Assembly: GCA_046593925.1 (NCBI GenBank)
Contig: JBKJQN010000039.1
Coordinates: 13,763-77,762 of the forward strand
DNA from: Mycobacteriales bacterium
GTDB lineage: Bacteria; Actinomycetota; Actinomycetes; Mycobacteriales; SCTD01
Reading direction: 5' to 3'
DNA: 64,000 nt
Of this stretch, positions 44,132 through 54,862 are shown piece by piece. Under the pieces are notes generated by a model. The model saw only the letters and a list, made by a program, of their open reading frames with translations. It had not been told where the DNA came from and did not search any database. Every line of letters begins with the position of its first letter. Within the stretch, counting starts at the first letter, position 1. Both the position numbers and the translations under genes were made by a program.

Positions 44132-45052
44132 ATGCTCCGAGCGGCGATCCTGGCGGCCTCCCGAGACCCGCGCATCCGGGCGCTGGTGGCGGGGGCGCCG
44201 ATCTCGCGAGGCGTGGTCCGCCGGTTCGTGTCCGGTGAGGCGGTGGAGGACGCCGTACGCACGACGCAGGCTCTGCACCGGAGCGGGCTGCAGGTCAGCC
44301 TGGACCACCTGGGCGAGGACACCCTTGACGTCGGGCAGGCCGAATCGACCGTCAAGGCCTACCTGGTGCTGCTCGACCGGCTCGCGGACGCCGGCCTGAG
44401 CGACGGCGGCCGCACCGAGGTGAGCGTCAAGCTCAGCGCGGTGGGCCGCTCGCTGGACGCCGGCCTCGCCTTGGACAACGCCCGCACGATCTGCGAGGCC
44501 GCGCGGGTGGCGGGCACCACGGTCACCCTCGACATGGAGGACCACACCACCACCGATGCCACGCTGGAGGTGCTCGCGTTGCTGCGCAAGGACTTCCCGG
44601 GCACCGGCGCGGTCCTGCAGGCCTACCTGCACCGTACCGAAGCGGACTGCCGTGACCTGGCCGGCGCCGGCAGCCGGGTGCGGCTGTGCAAGGGCGCCTA
44701 CCGCGAGCCGGCGACCGTGGCGTACCAGAGCCGGGGTGACGTCGATCGTTCCTTCGTGCGCTGCCTGAAGATGTTGCTCGCCGGCCAGGGGCACCCGATG
44801 GTCGCCACCCACGACCCGCGGCTGGTGGCGATCACCGGTGCGCTGGCTGCCGGCCGACCGCAGGGTTCCTACGAGTACCAGATGCTGTTCGGCATCCGGC
44901 CGCTGGAGCAGCAGCGGCTCGCGGCTGCCGGCGAGACCGTGCGGGTCTACGTGCCGTACGGCGACGAGTGGTACGGCTACCTGATGCGTCGCCTCGCCGA
45001 GCGCCCCGCCAACCTGGTGTTCTTCCTGCGCGCGCTGGCGAGCCGCTCGTGA
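44132..45052 (+). CDS. Proline dehydrogenase (monofunctional)
   Basis: RRFVSGE, SLDHLGE, SVKLSA, LDMEDH, VLQAYL, RLCKGAY, ATHD, EYQMLFG, VYVPYG..WYGYLMRRLAERPAN. Confidence 0.95.
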   Translation: MLRAAILAASRDPRIRALVAGAPISRGVVRRFVSGEAVEDAVRTTQALHRSGLQVSLDHLGEDTLDVGQAESTVKAYLVLLDRLADAGLSDGGRTEVSVKLSAVGRSLDAGLALDNARTICEAARVAGTTVTLDMEDHTTTDATLEVLALLRKDFPGTGAVLQAYLHRTEADCRDLAGAGSRVRLCKGAYREPATVAYQSRGDVDRSFVRCLKMLLAGQGHPMVATHDPRLVAITGALAAGRPQGSYEYQMLFGIRPLEQQRLAAAGETVRVYVPYGDEWYGYLMRRLAERPANLVFFLRALASRS

Positions 45053-45903
45053 GTGCTCGCCCGGGCGGTCCTGCCGCGGGCGGTGCTGCGCCGACCGGCG
45101 CCGCCCCGGTGATCGCGCTGCTGGGCGTCGGCAAGCTCGGTGAGGCGCTGCTGTCGGGGCTGCTGCGCGCCGGTCAGCCGGTCGACCGGCTGCTCGGCGC
45201 AGAGCGGCACCCCGAGCGGGCCACCGAGATCGCCGCCCGCTACGGCGTCGTGACGCCCGACCCCGTCGACGCCGTCGGGCTGGCCGACGTGGTGCTGCTG
45301 GCCGTCAAGCCCCAGGACATGCGCGCACTGCTGACCGAGATCGCCCCGGGGTTGCGCCCGGGCACGCTGGTCGTCAGTGTCGCGGCCGGGATCACGACCC
45401 GAGTCATCGAGCGCGAGCTGGCGGCCGGCACCCCGGTCGTCCGGGTGATGACCAACACGCCGGTCTTCGTCGACCAGGCGATGTCGGCGGTGTCGGCGGG
45501 CAGCCACGCCACCTCCGCGCAGCTCGCGTATGTCGAGGAGCTGCTCGGCCACGTCGGCAAGGTCGTCCGCGTCCCGGAGTCGCAGCAGGACGCCGTCACC
45601 GCGCTGTCCGGCAGCGGCCCCGCGTACTTCTTCTTCCTGGTCGAGGCGATGATCGACGGCGGGATCCTGCTGGGCCTGCCACGCGCGGTCGCGCACGCGC
45701 TGATCGTGCAGACCCTCGTGGGCTCCGCCGCGATGCTCGCGCAGTCCGGTGAGCACCCGGTCTTGCTGCGCGAGGCCGTGACCAGCCCGGGCGGCACGAC
45801 GATCGCGGCGATCCGCACGATGGAGGACCACGGCGTGCGCGCCGCGATGCTGTCCGCGATCGAGGCGGCCCGCGACCGCAGCCGCGAGCTTGCCGGCGAC
45901 TGA
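45049..45903 (+). CDS. proC: Pyrroline-5-carboxylate reductase
   Basis: LGVGKLG, LAVKPQD, VSVAAGI, VRVMTNTP, TALSGSGPAY, VTSPGGTT. Confidence 0.96.
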   Translation: MSARPGGPAAGGAAPTGAAPVIALLGVGKLGEALLSGLLRAGQPVDRLLGAERHPERATEIAARYGVVTPDPVDAVGLADVVLLAVKPQDMRALLTEIAPGLRPGTLVVSVAAGITTRVIERELAAGTPVVRVMTNTPVFVDQAMSAVSAGSHATSAQLAYVEELLGHVGKVVRVPESQQDAVTALSGSGPAYFFFLVEAMIDGGILLGLPRAVAHALIVQTLVGSAAMLAQSGEHPVLLREAVTSPGGTTIAAIRTMEDHGVRAAMLSAIEAARDRSRELAGD

Positions 45904-45939
45904 CCGTCCGCCCTCTCCCGCCCGCCGGCGCCGCGCCCG

Positions 45940-46400
45940 CCGCCGCCGCCGTCGACGGTGACCTCGCTGCCGCTCTCGAGCCGGCGCGTCGGCCGCGGAT
46001 CGGAGCTGCTGGACGACCACCGCAGGGTGAGCGTCGCCGGACCGCCGGGGCCGGACCGACTCCGGGGGTGCGCGTTCCTGCCCGCGCGGGTCGGTGGGGA
46101 CGCCGTTGGCCAGCGGTCACAGGGCAACGCAGGTGACCCAGACCCGGTAGGGCTCGTCGGCCGCCGGCTGTGCGGGGGCCAGCGTCTCGGTGCCAGCCGG
46201 TCGGAGCAGCGGGACCGCGATCAGGACACCCGCCAGCGCCACGGCCAGTGGGGCAGGCACGGCGCCGCGCCGGTTGCGCCGACACCTGCGGGCTGCGCGC
46301 TGCAGCTCGGGCAGGTCCAGCGGGGCCACCCGCACCTGCGCCGCAGGGCCTGCAGATCCCCGTCCTGGTTGAGGTCGTCACTCACGACGTCGTCCTGTCG
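45940..46400 (-). pseudogene. Relic of a membrane anti-sigma factor
   Basis: VSDDLNQDGDLQALRR / VAPLDLPELQRAARRCRRNRRGAVPAPLAVALAGVLIAVPLL: Arg cluster plus TM, typical of anti-sigmas behind SigE-type ECFs; frameshifts and a stop are present. Boundaries approximate. Confidence 0.5.
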
Positions 46401-46580
46401 GCGAGGCGGCGCGCCCATGACCTCTGGCGGCTCCGCAGTGGTTCGTTCCCGGCGCCACGCCCGGCGCTGCCGGGCGAGGAACGCCGTGAGCAGCACCTGC
46501 CGTGCGTGAGCCTCCGGGACGTCCGCGCGCTCCGTTGCCACACCACCAGCACCTTCATATCCCCTCCTGCACCAGTTCCT
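46395..46580 (-). pseudogene. Internal relic of a SigE-family ECF sigma factor
   Basis: KVLVVWQR, then after a frameshift ADVPEAHARQVLLTAFLARQRRAWRRERTTAEPPE, matching region 2 of SigE-family ECFs (KVxxxWxR...PxAYARRVLVNxxxxxxRRxWRRExP). Confidence 0.6.
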
Positions 46581-47071
46581 GAGCCTGCTCGTGGTGTCCG
46601 GTCAGCAGGTAGGCAGCCCTCAGCAGCAGTACCTGCTGCCGATCGAGGAACTCCGCCTGACCGTCCACACCCGTCCTGGTGCGCCAACCCCTTGCGAAGG
46701 TTGCTGTCCACAGCCCTCGGGCCCGGTCGCCACGTCAGCGGCCCTGTGGAAACGCCGATGGACACAGCTCATCCGGCAGCTGCAGGCGACGGACGAGCTC
46801 GTCGGGGCCGACCGACCGGCGTAGCTGCGGTCCGGCTCAGCACCGTGACCGCGCGGCGGGCACCATCTGCACGCCCCAGCTCGGGGGCGACTCCTGACGA
46901 CGACGAGGACGAGGACGTGGCAGTCAGCGGTCCGGCCGGCGGCGCTGATCTGTCGGTCTGCTGAGCAGCCCGGCCGCGGAGGCGACATGGCCGGTGGAGT
47001 CCGATGGGTGCACGATCAGGACGGTGACCCGGTCGACCGGCCGGGAGCGTGGGCACCGGAAAGGTGACCGG

Positions 47072-47323
47072 ATGGGACCAGGCGCCGCGGGCAAGGTCGG
47101 CTGCGTCGTCCACCGCGTCCGTGGCGGGAACGCCCCGGGGGAGGTCCGCGTCGTCCATGACGGCATGACCCATGACTACATCGCCTTCTCCGCCGGGCCG
47201 GTGCCCCTGGGGGCGCAGGTGCTCGTCGTCAACGACCGCGGCTCCCGTCAGATCGACGTCGAACCGTGGGATCTACCGGGACTGGACACCTCCGGTGCCG
47301 CCGGCGAGCCAGAAGGAACCTGA
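47072..47323 (+). CDS. Short NfeD-like OB-fold partner of flotillin
   Basis: RBS GGAAAGGTG; PGEVRVV..YIAFS..PVPLGAQVLVV..RQIDV; stop overlaps the flotillin start. Confidence 0.75.
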   Translation: MGPGAAGKVGCVVHRVRGGNAPGEVRVVHDGMTHDYIAFSAGPVPLGAQVLVVNDRGSRQIDVEPWDLPGLDTSGAAGEPEGT

Positions 47324-48480
47324 TGTTCGGCTATCGCGTGCCCGCGCCCAACGAGGCATTGATCATCACCGGCCGGAGACAGCGGGGGGACGACCTCCAG
47401 TTCAAGGTCGTCGTCGGCCACGGCACATTCGTGGTTCCCGTCGTCTCCAGGGCGTCCATCCTCGACCTGTCGATGCAGGAGGCGGGCGTCGAGGAGGACT
47501 GCTACACCCAGCAGGGACTCACGCTCGGCGTGAAGGCGCTCATCGCGTTCAAGGTCGGGGACGACCTGCAGAGCATCAACGCGGCCGCGCGACGGTTCCA
47601 GGCAGACCAGTCGCAGATGGCGACCCTGGTCGGCCGGATCTTCGCCGGCCACCTGCGCAGCATCATCGGGTCGATGACGGTGGAGAGCATCATCCGGGAC
47701 CAGCAGAGGCTCTCCGACAACATCCTCGATGCCAGCAAGGTCGAGATGGCCCGCATCGGGCTGGCCGTGGACAGCCTCCAGATCAGCCAGATCGACGACA
47801 AGGGCAGCGGCTACATCGCGGCGCTCGCCGCCCCCCACCAGGCCACCGTCAATCAGGCAGCGAAGATCGCGCAGGCGGCGGCCGACCAGGCCAGCGCCAT
47901 GGCGCAGCAGGAGTCCGACCGCAACCAGGCGGAGTACGCCCGGCAGACCGCGATCGCCCGGTCGCAGTACCAGGCCGAGATCGACCACGCCGCCAGAACC
48001 GCTGCCGCCGCGGGGCCGCTCGCCGAAGCCAAGGCCCAGCAGGCGGTCCTGGCCGAACAGGCGCTCGTCGCCGCCCGGAACGCAGAGCTGCGCCAGGCCG
48101 AGCTCGTCGCGGAGGTCATCAAGCCTGCTCAGGCCGAGGCGGAGAAGGTCCGGATCGCCGCGGACGCGGCTGCCCACGCCACGAAGGTGTCGGCGGAGGC
48201 CGCCGCCGCCGAAGACCGCATCGCGCTGGACCAGCGCATCATCGACCAGCTTCCCGAGCTGGTGCGGGCCGCCGCCGAGGGACTGCAGGGCGCCCAGGTC
48301 ACGGTGTTCAACGGCGCCGCCGGCGTCAACGACGTGATGACCCAGCTCGTCGGCCAGGGCCTGTCGATCCTGGACACGGTCCGGGCCAACCTGAGGCAGA
48401 TCGAACCGCCCGCCAGCCAGGGACTCGGCCCGGCCGAGGTCGTGGCCGCGCAGCAGCGCCGGGCCGGCGCCCAGGGCTAG
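47323..48480 (+). CDS. Flotillin / SPFH domain protein
   Basis: YRVPAPNEALIITG, GHLRSIIGSMTVESIIRD, GLAVDSLQI, Ala/Glu-rich coiled coil with VIKPAQAEAE. Confidence 0.93.
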   Translation: MFGYRVPAPNEALIITGRRQRGDDLQFKVVVGHGTFVVPVVSRASILDLSMQEAGVEEDCYTQQGLTLGVKALIAFKVGDDLQSINAAARRFQADQSQMATLVGRIFAGHLRSIIGSMTVESIIRDQQRLSDNILDASKVEMARIGLAVDSLQISQIDDKGSGYIAALAAPHQATVNQAAKIAQAAADQASAMAQQESDRNQAEYARQTAIARSQYQAEIDHAARTAAAAGPLAEAKAQQAVLAEQALVAARNAELRQAELVAEVIKPAQAEAEKVRIAADAAAHATKVSAEAAAAEDRIALDQRIIDQLPELVRAAAEGLQGAQVTVFNGAAGVNDVMTQLVGQGLSILDTVRANLRQIEPPASQGLGPAEVVAAQQRRAGAQG

Positions 48481-48644
48481 CGGTCGCCGGCATGCACTCC
48501 TCATGGGCGGCGACCTTGCGCAGCGACCGGCGCGTCGGCGACCCCCGCTCCTGGCGGGAAGCGAACGGACCTCCCTCTGTCCTGCATCCATCACCAGTCT
48601 GTGCGGCGCGCGCCAGAACCTTCGCCGGGCGCCCGGGACAAACA

Positions 48645-48712
48645 CCTTGCACCCCGCAACATCATCGCCCCGACTGAGCGTGGGTCTGCGGATGATGTCC
48701 CGAGGTGCAAGG
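48645..48712. repeat. Symmetric 68-nt imperfect hairpin
   Basis: ccttgcacc/ggtgcaagg outer arms and acatcatc/gatgatgt inner arms, each pair separated by 5 nt. Confidence 0.7.
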
Positions 48713-48951
48713 CAGATGTCCCGCCGAGACCCGCCGAGCCCGGGCCCGGGCCAGGCGGCCGAGCACTCCCGTGGCACGCCGGGGTCCGCGTCAGTGCGCA
48801 CCACGGCGCTGCGGGCCTCGGTGACTCGATGCCGGAGCGGGCTCCGTTGGCAGCGGATTCGGCCTCGTCATCCCGGTGGGAGGCGGGTGCACGGCGGGGT
48901 GCCCGCGGCGTGGCCGGACAGCCCGAGCTCCCGTGGGGCATGGACGTCGCT

Positions 48952-48971
48952 GGCGTCAGGTACCTGACGCC
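48952..48971. repeat. Perfect 20-bp palindrome
   Basis: ggcgtcaggt-acctgacgcc. Confidence 0.85.
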
Positions 48972-49261
48972 GGCCCTGTACATCGCCAGACCTGCGACGC
49001 AGGGCGAGTGTGTTTCCCGATCCGGCACCGGCACAGCTGGCCGATCGCCGCGACGTAGCCGGCCGAGTGCAGGGTTGGACATGACTACGACATGCCCGCA
49101 GGCTGAGGGGCTGACGCTGGGTCAAGGTCAAGGACTGGTGTCGGCCGGCGGCCCGCTGGCCTTCCCCCGGCGTCGCCGCGGAGGCTCCAGGCGCCGGAAG
49201 CGCGTCCGAGCACCGTCCGAGGCGGCACCGGGCAGCGTCGGTACGAGAGCGACGAGCGCCG

Positions 49262-50347
49262 TTAGCCCGCGACGCTGTCGGCCTTCACGGCTTGCCGCCG
49301 GCCCATCGGCAGCTCGGGGCCCTTGGTGCTGTCGCGAGCGGTCTGTTGTTCGGACTCACTGTTGATCTCCGCCCCGAGTAGAACGATGAACGCGGTGATG
49401 TACAGCCAGAGCAGCAGGACGACGACGCCTGCCAGCGCGCCGTAGGTCTTGCCGTACGAGCCGAAGTGGCCCACGTAGATGGACAGGGCAGCGGATGCCG
49501 CGATCCACAGGACGGTCGCGACGACGGCGCCGAGCCCGACCCATCGCAGCTTGGGGGCGTCCCGGTCGGGAGCCAGCCGGTACAGCACCGCGAGCGCCAC
49601 CATCATGAAGGCCACCAGAGCGACCCAGCGCAGCACGAACGCCAGCGCGGTGCCGACGGCGCCGAGGCCGACGCTCTTGAAGACCGCGGGCAGCACCGCG
49701 ATCAGGCCGATCGCGACGACGACGAACAGCACGGCGCCGACGGTGAGCAGCAGGGCCAGGCCGCGGAGCTTGACGAAGCCACGGGTCTCCTCCTCGTCGT
49801 ACGCGATGTTGATCGCTTTGATGAGGTTGCCGACACCGCCGCTGGCGCTGAACAGCGCGGCGAGGACACCGACGACCAGGCCGACCCCGAGGGCGCTCGA
49901 CGGTCCGCTGGCGATCGTCTCCAGCTGGCCGCGGATCAGGCTGGCGGCGTCCGACGGAAGTGAGTCGGTGAGGCTCTTGGTCTGCGTGGCGACCTGCGCC
50001 GGGTCGGCGATCAGGCCGTACAGCGTGACGGCGGCGATCAGTGCCGGGAACAGCGCCGTGAAGGCGTAGTACGCAATCCCGGCCGCGATCAGCCCGATGT
50101 TGTCTTTCTGCTGCTCAGCCCAGGCGCGCTGCAGGACCTGCCGCCAGCCGGCCTTCGGGATCTGCATGGGGGAGTCCGCGTCGATGCCGGGCACGCCGTC
50201 ACCCGACCCGCCCGCGCGACCGGTCGGGGAGCGCTGCCGGGCGACCTCCCGGCTCGTCATCAGCTCACGGACCGACAGGCGCGGGGCGGCTGGACCCTTG
50301 CGGGTGCGGCGGCCGGCGACGAAGGCCGTCCCAGCCAGGGTCGCCAT
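49262..50347 (-). CDS. YihY/virulence factor BrkB family membrane protein
   Basis: DNIGLIAAGIAYYAFTALFPALIA, ASGGVGNLIKAINIAYDEEETRG, YRLAPDR, YGKTYGALAGVVVLLLWLYIT, GAEINSE. Start uncertain. Confidence 0.92.
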   Translation of the reverse strand: MATLAGTAFVAGRRTRKGPAAPRLSVRELMTSREVARQRSPTGRAGGSGDGVPGIDADSPMQIPKAGWRQVLQRAWAEQQKDNIGLIAAGIAYYAFTALFPALIAAVTLYGLIADPAQVATQTKSLTDSLPSDAASLIRGQLETIASGPSSALGVGLVVGVLAALFSASGGVGNLIKAINIAYDEEETRGFVKLRGLALLLTVGAVLFVVVAIGLIAVLPAVFKSVGLGAVGTALAFVLRWVALVAFMMVALAVLYRLAPDRDAPKLRWVGLGAVVATVLWIAASAALSIYVGHFGSYGKTYGALAGVVVLLLWLYITAFIVLLGAEINSESEQQTARDSTKGPELPMGRRQAVKADSVAG

Positions 50348-50438
50348 CGTCCACGGGCCAGGTCGTCTGTGCATGGGCGTCAGCGTTCCACGCCCCAGCA
50401 GGACGACACCGCAGGTGACCGCTCCGTACGCTGTGGCA

Positions 50439-51767
50439 GTGAGGCCCCCGCTCGTCCTATCCGCCGTCGTCCTGCTCGCCGCGGGCTGCTCCGGCGGCCA
50501 GGCACCCGCCGTGCAGACCGGCCAGGTCGTCCGGGCCACCGTCACCGAGGTCGTCAACGCGCCCGGCCGGATCACGGCGAAGGAGACCAGCGCGGTCACC
50601 GCCCCGGCCGACGGCACCGTGGCCGCGCTGCTGGTCCCCGACGGGGCGACCGTCACCAAGGGCGCCATCCTGCTGCGCCTCGACAGCCCGGCCGCGCAGC
50701 AGCGGCTGGCCCAGGCGCGCAGCGCGAAGGCGGCGGCTGCGACCCGGCCACGGGTGCCGCAGGCCGACCTCTCGCCGCTGCAGGACCAGCTCGACGCGGC
50801 TGCTGACGGCGCGTTCGCGGCGGCCCGTGCTGCGGCTGCGCAGGTGCCCGACCCCACCGCTCGCCAGGGGGTGCTCGATGCCGTCGCCGCCGCCGAGGCC
50901 CGCTACCGTGCCGCGGCGACCGCGGCCCGCAGCGTCGCCGGCTCGGTCGCTGCAGGCGCCAGCGGGCTCGGCTCCGCGCTGGACGCCCTCGGCAGTAGTC
51001 AGCGACTGCAGGCCGACGCACTGCTGCAGGCCGCGCAGAGCACCGTCGAGGCCTTGACGGTGACCGCGCCGCAGAACGGCGTCGTGACCTACGGCGCCGG
51101 TGGCGGTGCTGCGCCCGCTGCCTCAGGCGGGCTGTCCGGCCTGCTCGGGCAGCTGCCGGCCGGGCTCGCCGGTGCGCTCCCCACGACCGGCACCGCACCG
51201 GCGACCTCGGCGGCGCTCGCCGTCGGTGTGCCGGTTGCGTCCGGCAGCCCGCTGCTCACCGTCACCGACATCTCCGGCCTCGGGGTCACCGCCGACGTCG
51301 ACGAGACCGATGTGCTGCTCGTCCGGCCCGGGGTACCGGCCGGCGTCCAGCTCGACGCGGTGCCCGGCGCTGCGTACGACGCCACCGTGGCCTCGGTCGA
51401 CGTCACGCCGTCGCCCGCCGCCGGAGGCGGGGTCACCTACCGGGTCCGGCTCACGCTGACCCCCGGCACCACCGCCGACGGCGCCCCCTCCCCGCAGCCG
51501 CGGCCCGGCATGAGCGCGGTCGTCGACCTGCGGGTCCGCGAGGCCGTCGACGCGGTCTCGGTCCCCAGCTCCGCCGTCCTGCGCGACGGGGCCAAGGCTG
51601 CGGTCTTCGTCCAGGAGGGCACGGGCAGCGGGGCGGTCTACCGGCGGCGCGAGGTCGCCCTCGGCGCGCAGGGCTCGGACCGGGTCGAGATCCTCAGCGG
51701 GCTCGAGGTGGGCCAGCGCATCGTGAGCCGCGACGCCGACCGCCTTCGCGACGGCCAGCAGGTGTGA
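50439..51767 (+). CDS. Efflux RND/MacA-like periplasmic adaptor lipoprotein
   Basis: Lipobox [53 protein letters not shown]. Confidence 0.9.
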   Translation: MRPPLVLSAVVLLAAGCSGGQAPAVQTGQVVRATVTEVVNAPGRITAKETSAVTAPADGTVAALLVPDGATVTKGAILLRLDSPAAQQRLAQARSAKAAAATRPRVPQADLSPLQDQLDAAADGAFAAARAAAAQVPDPTARQGVLDAVAAAEARYRAAATAARSVAGSVAAGASGLGSALDALGSSQRLQADALLQAAQSTVEALTVTAPQNGVVTYGAGGGAAPAASGGLSGLLGQLPAGLAGALPTTGTAPATSAALAVGVPVASGSPLLTVTDISGLGVTADVDETDVLLVRPGVPAGVQLDAVPGAAYDATVASVDVTPSPAAGGGVTYRVRLTLTPGTTADGAPSPQPRPGMSAVVDLRVREAVDAVSVPSSAVLRDGAKAAVFVQEGTGSGAVYRRREVALGAQGSDRVEILSGLEVGQRIVSRDADRLRDGQQV

Positions 51768-52465
51768 AGCCCGCAGCCCTGGCACCCGACGCCCGGCCGC
51801 CCGCGCTGGAGGCTCTCGACGTCACCCGGTCCTACCGACTCGAGGACGTGACCGTGGACGCGTTGCGCGGGGTCAGCCTCACCATCGACCAGGGCGACTA
51901 CGTGGCGGTGGTCGGCCCGTCCGGCTCTGGCAAGTCGACCCTCATGCACCTGCTCGGCGGCCTGGACCGGCCGACCAGCGGCACCGTGCGGGTGGGCGGC
52001 CGGGACGTGTCGCGGATGTCCGGCGACGAGCTTGCGCAGGTACGCAACGCCACGATCGGCTTCGTCTTCCAGGCCTTCCAGCTGCTCGCCCGCACCAGCG
52101 CCCTCGACAATGTCGGCATGCCGCTGGTCTACCGGGGCGTCCGCCGGGCCGAGCGCCGCCGGCGGGCCCGCGAGGCGCTCGAGCGGGTAGGCATGGGGCA
52201 CCGGCTCGCGCACACCCCCAACCAGCTGTCCGGCGGGGAGCAGCAGCGTGTGGCGATCGCGCGGGCCCTGGTCGGCGATCCGCAGGTGCTGCTCGCCGAC
52301 GAGCCGACCGGCAACCTGGACAGCCGCACCGGCGAGGAGGTGATGGCGCTGCTCGAGGCGCTCAACGCCGCGGGCGTCGCCGTCGTGGTCGTCACGCACG
52401 ACCGAGAGGTGGCGGCCAGAGCGCGGCGCCGGGTCTTCGTACGGGACGGGCTCCTGGAAGCATGA
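51764..52465 (+). CDS. ABC transporter ATP-binding protein (LolD/MacB-type)
   Basis: [49 protein letters not shown]. Confidence 0.96.
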   Translation: MKPAALAPDARPPALEALDVTRSYRLEDVTVDALRGVSLTIDQGDYVAVVGPSGSGKSTLMHLLGGLDRPTSGTVRVGGRDVSRMSGDELAQVRNATIGFVFQAFQLLARTSALDNVGMPLVYRGVRRAERRRRAREALERVGMGHRLAHTPNQLSGGEQQRVAIARALVGDPQVLLADEPTGNLDSRTGEEVMALLEALNAAGVAVVVVTHDREVAARARRRVFVRDGLLEA

Positions 52466-53649
52466 GGCTGGCCGAGGCCTGGCGGGTCGCCGTGACCGCG
52501 CTGCGCGCCAACCGGCTGCGCTCGCTGCTGACGATGCTCGGCGTCGTCATCGGGGTCGCCGCGGTCGTCGTACTCGTCGCGATCGGCACCGGGGCCAAGC
52601 AGGAGGTCCAGGCGCAGGTGGAGGGACTGGGCTCCAACCTGGTGCTGATCGTGCCCGGCCGGCTGGACTTCGGTTCGGCCCCCACGCGTGGCCGGCTGCA
52701 GCTCGCGGACGCCACCGCCATCGGCCGGGCGATCGGCCAGCCGGACGGCGTCGGAGCCACGCTGACCAGCGGCGAGCAGGTCCGAAACGGCGCCCGAGCC
52801 GGCTTCGCCACTCTCACGGGGGCCAACCCCGCGCTGCCCCGGGTGATCACCCGCGACCTGGCCCGCGGCGCGTACTTCCGGCAGAGCGACGTCGACACCC
52901 GGCGCCGCGTGGCGGTGCTGGGCAGTGCGCTGGCCGCGTCGCTGTTCGACGGCGCCGACCCGTTGGGCCAGACCGTGACGATCAGCGGCGCCCGGTTCCG
53001 GGTCGTCGGCGTCTTCGCCCCGCTCGGGGCGAGTCTGGGCACCAACCGCGACAACGAGGTGCACGTACCGATCACCACCGCCCAGCGGCTGCTGGGCGCC
53101 GAGCGCGTCGACGCGTTCGCGGTCAGGGCGCCCACCCCCGGGGCGGTCGAGCGGGTGCGGTCCCAGTCGCTCGCGGTGCTCAAGGGTCGCTACCCGAACG
53201 AGGAGTTCAGTGCGGTGACCCAGGAGCAGATCCTGGGCACGGTCGGCAGGATCCTGGGGCTGCTGACCACCGTGCTGGCCGCAATCGCGGCGATCAGCCT
53301 GCTGGTCGGCGGCGTGGGCGTCAGCAACATCATGCTGGTCTCGGTACGCGAGCGGACCCGCGAGATCGGGCTGCGCAAGGCCGTCGGCGCGCGTCAGCGC
53401 GACGTGCTGCTGCAGTTCCTGATCGAGGCGGTGCTCCTCACCAGCATCGGCGGGGTGCTGGGCATCGCCATCGGGGTGGGCGGCGCGCTCGGCCTGTCGG
53501 CGGCGATCGACTCGCTGCCGGCCGTCATCACCTGGTGGTCCCCGGCGCTCGCTTTCGGGGTGAGCGCCGCAGTGGGACTGTTCTTCGGAGTGGTACCCGC
53601 GCGCCGCGCGGGCAGGCTCGATCCGGTGGTCGCCTTGAGGTCGGAGTGA
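52462..53649 (+). CDS. ABC transporter permease (MacB/FtsX type)
   Basis: [56 protein letters not shown]. Confidence 0.95.
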   Translation: MRLAEAWRVAVTALRANRLRSLLTMLGVVIGVAAVVVLVAIGTGAKQEVQAQVEGLGSNLVLIVPGRLDFGSAPTRGRLQLADATAIGRAIGQPDGVGATLTSGEQVRNGARAGFATLTGANPALPRVITRDLARGAYFRQSDVDTRRRVAVLGSALAASLFDGADPLGQTVTISGARFRVVGVFAPLGASLGTNRDNEVHVPITTAQRLLGAERVDAFAVRAPTPGAVERVRSQSLAVLKGRYPNEEFSAVTQEQILGTVGRILGLLTTVLAAIAAISLLVGGVGVSNIMLVSVRERTREIGLRKAVGARQRDVLLQFLIEAVLLTSIGGVLGIAIGVGGALGLSAAIDSLPAVITWWSPALAFGVSAAVGLFFGVVPARRAGRLDPVVALRSE

Positions 53650-53656
53650 TGCACAG

Positions 53657-54862
53657 GTGAGCGATTCGACACTGGTCGTCTGGGACGACATCTTCTCCTC
53701 GTACGACTTCGGTGCCTCGCACCCGATGCGGCCGATGCGGCTGGAGCTGACGATGGCGCTGGCCGGGCAGCTCGGCGTGCTCGACCGGCCGGGCGTCCGG
53801 ATCGGGGCCCCGGTGCCGGCCGGCGACGACCTGCTCGAGCTGGTGCACGACCCGATGTACGTGTCGTCGGTCAAGCGCGCCCCCGACGACCTGCTCGGCC
53901 GGCTGTCACTGCGGTGGGGCCTCGGCACCGGCGACGTCCCGGTGTTCGCCGGCATGCACGAGGCGTCCGCGCTGGTGACCGGGGCCAGCGTCACCGCCGC
54001 CGAGGCCGTCTGGCGGGGCACCGCGCAGCACGCCGTCAACATCTCCGGTGGCCTGCACCACGCGATGAAGGACCGCGCGTCGGGCTTCTGCGTGTACGAC
54101 GACCCGGCGGTCGCCATCGCCTGGCTGCTCGCGCAGGGCGCCCAGCGGGTGGCGTACGTGGACGTCGACGTGCACCACGGTGACGGCGTCGAGGCGGCCT
54201 TCTACGACGACCCGCGGGTGATGACCGTGTCGATGCACGAGAGTGGTCGGACGCTCTTCCCGGGCACCGGCTGGCCCGACCAGGCCGGCCAGGGCGCCGC
54301 GCTGGGCACCAACGTCAACCTCGCGCTGCCCGCGGGCACCGGCGATGCCGGCTGGCTGCGGGCCTTCGACGCGGTCGTGCCGCCGGTGCTCCGGGCCTTC
54401 GCGCCGCAGGTCCTGGTCACCCAGCACGGCTGTGACACCCACGCCCTGGACCCGCTGGCGCACCTGCTGATGAGCGTCGACGGCCAGCGGGTGGCGTACG
54501 CAGCCCTGCACCGGCTCGCACACGAGCTGTGCGGCGGCCGGTGGGTGGTCCTGGGCGGTGGTGGTTACGAGCCGGTTCAGGTCGTGCCGCGCGCCTGGAC
54601 GCACCTGCTGGCCGAGGTGTCGGGAGGCGAGCCCGGCAGCGGCTGGGTCGACGGGGCGACCCCCGTCGACTGGCGCGCGGAGGCCGCCGAGAAGGGCCAC
54701 GAGGCCGCACCGACCTCGCTCACCGACGGCGTCGAACCGCTGTGGACCCCATGGGAGGGCGGTGCCGGCTCGCCCGGTGACGGCGCCGACCGCGCTGTCG
54801 TCGCGACCCGTGAGTCGGTCTTCCCGCACCTGGGCCTGGACCCGATGTCGGCCCAGGGATGA
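53657..54862 (+). CDS. acuC: Acetoin utilization protein AcuC (HDAC-like deacetylase)
   Basis: [57 protein letters not shown]. Confidence 0.94.
   Translation: MSDSTLVVWDDIFSSYDFGASHPMRPMRLELTMALAGQLGVLDRPGVRIGAPVPAGDDLLELVHDPMYVSSVKRAPDDLLGRLSLRWGLGTGDVPVFAGMHEASALVTGASVTAAEAVWRGTAQHAVNISGGLHHAMKDRASGFCVYDDPAVAIAWLLAQGAQRVAYVDVDVHHGDGVEAAFYDDPRVMTVSMHESGRTLFPGTGWPDQAGQGAALGTNVNLALPAGTGDAGWLRAFDAVVPPVLRAFAPQVLVTQHGCDTHALDPLAHLLMSVDGQRVAYAALHRLAHELCGGRWVVLGGGGYEPVQVVPRAWTHLLAEVSGGEPGSGWVDGATPVDWRAEAAEKGHEAAPTSLTDGVEPLWTPWEGGAGSPGDGADRAVVATRESVFPHLGLDPMSAQG

Noticed and set aside
46591-46824. 77-aa ORF ending WKRRWTQLIRQLQATDELV
   Set aside because: No RBS and no recognisable family; only the last third looks coding, so it may be another relic but is unsupported.
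48591-49365. ORFs 48591-49082 (-) and 48601-49365 (+)
   Set aside because: No motifs, Arg/Pro/Ser-rich shadow-like composition, mutually overlapping.
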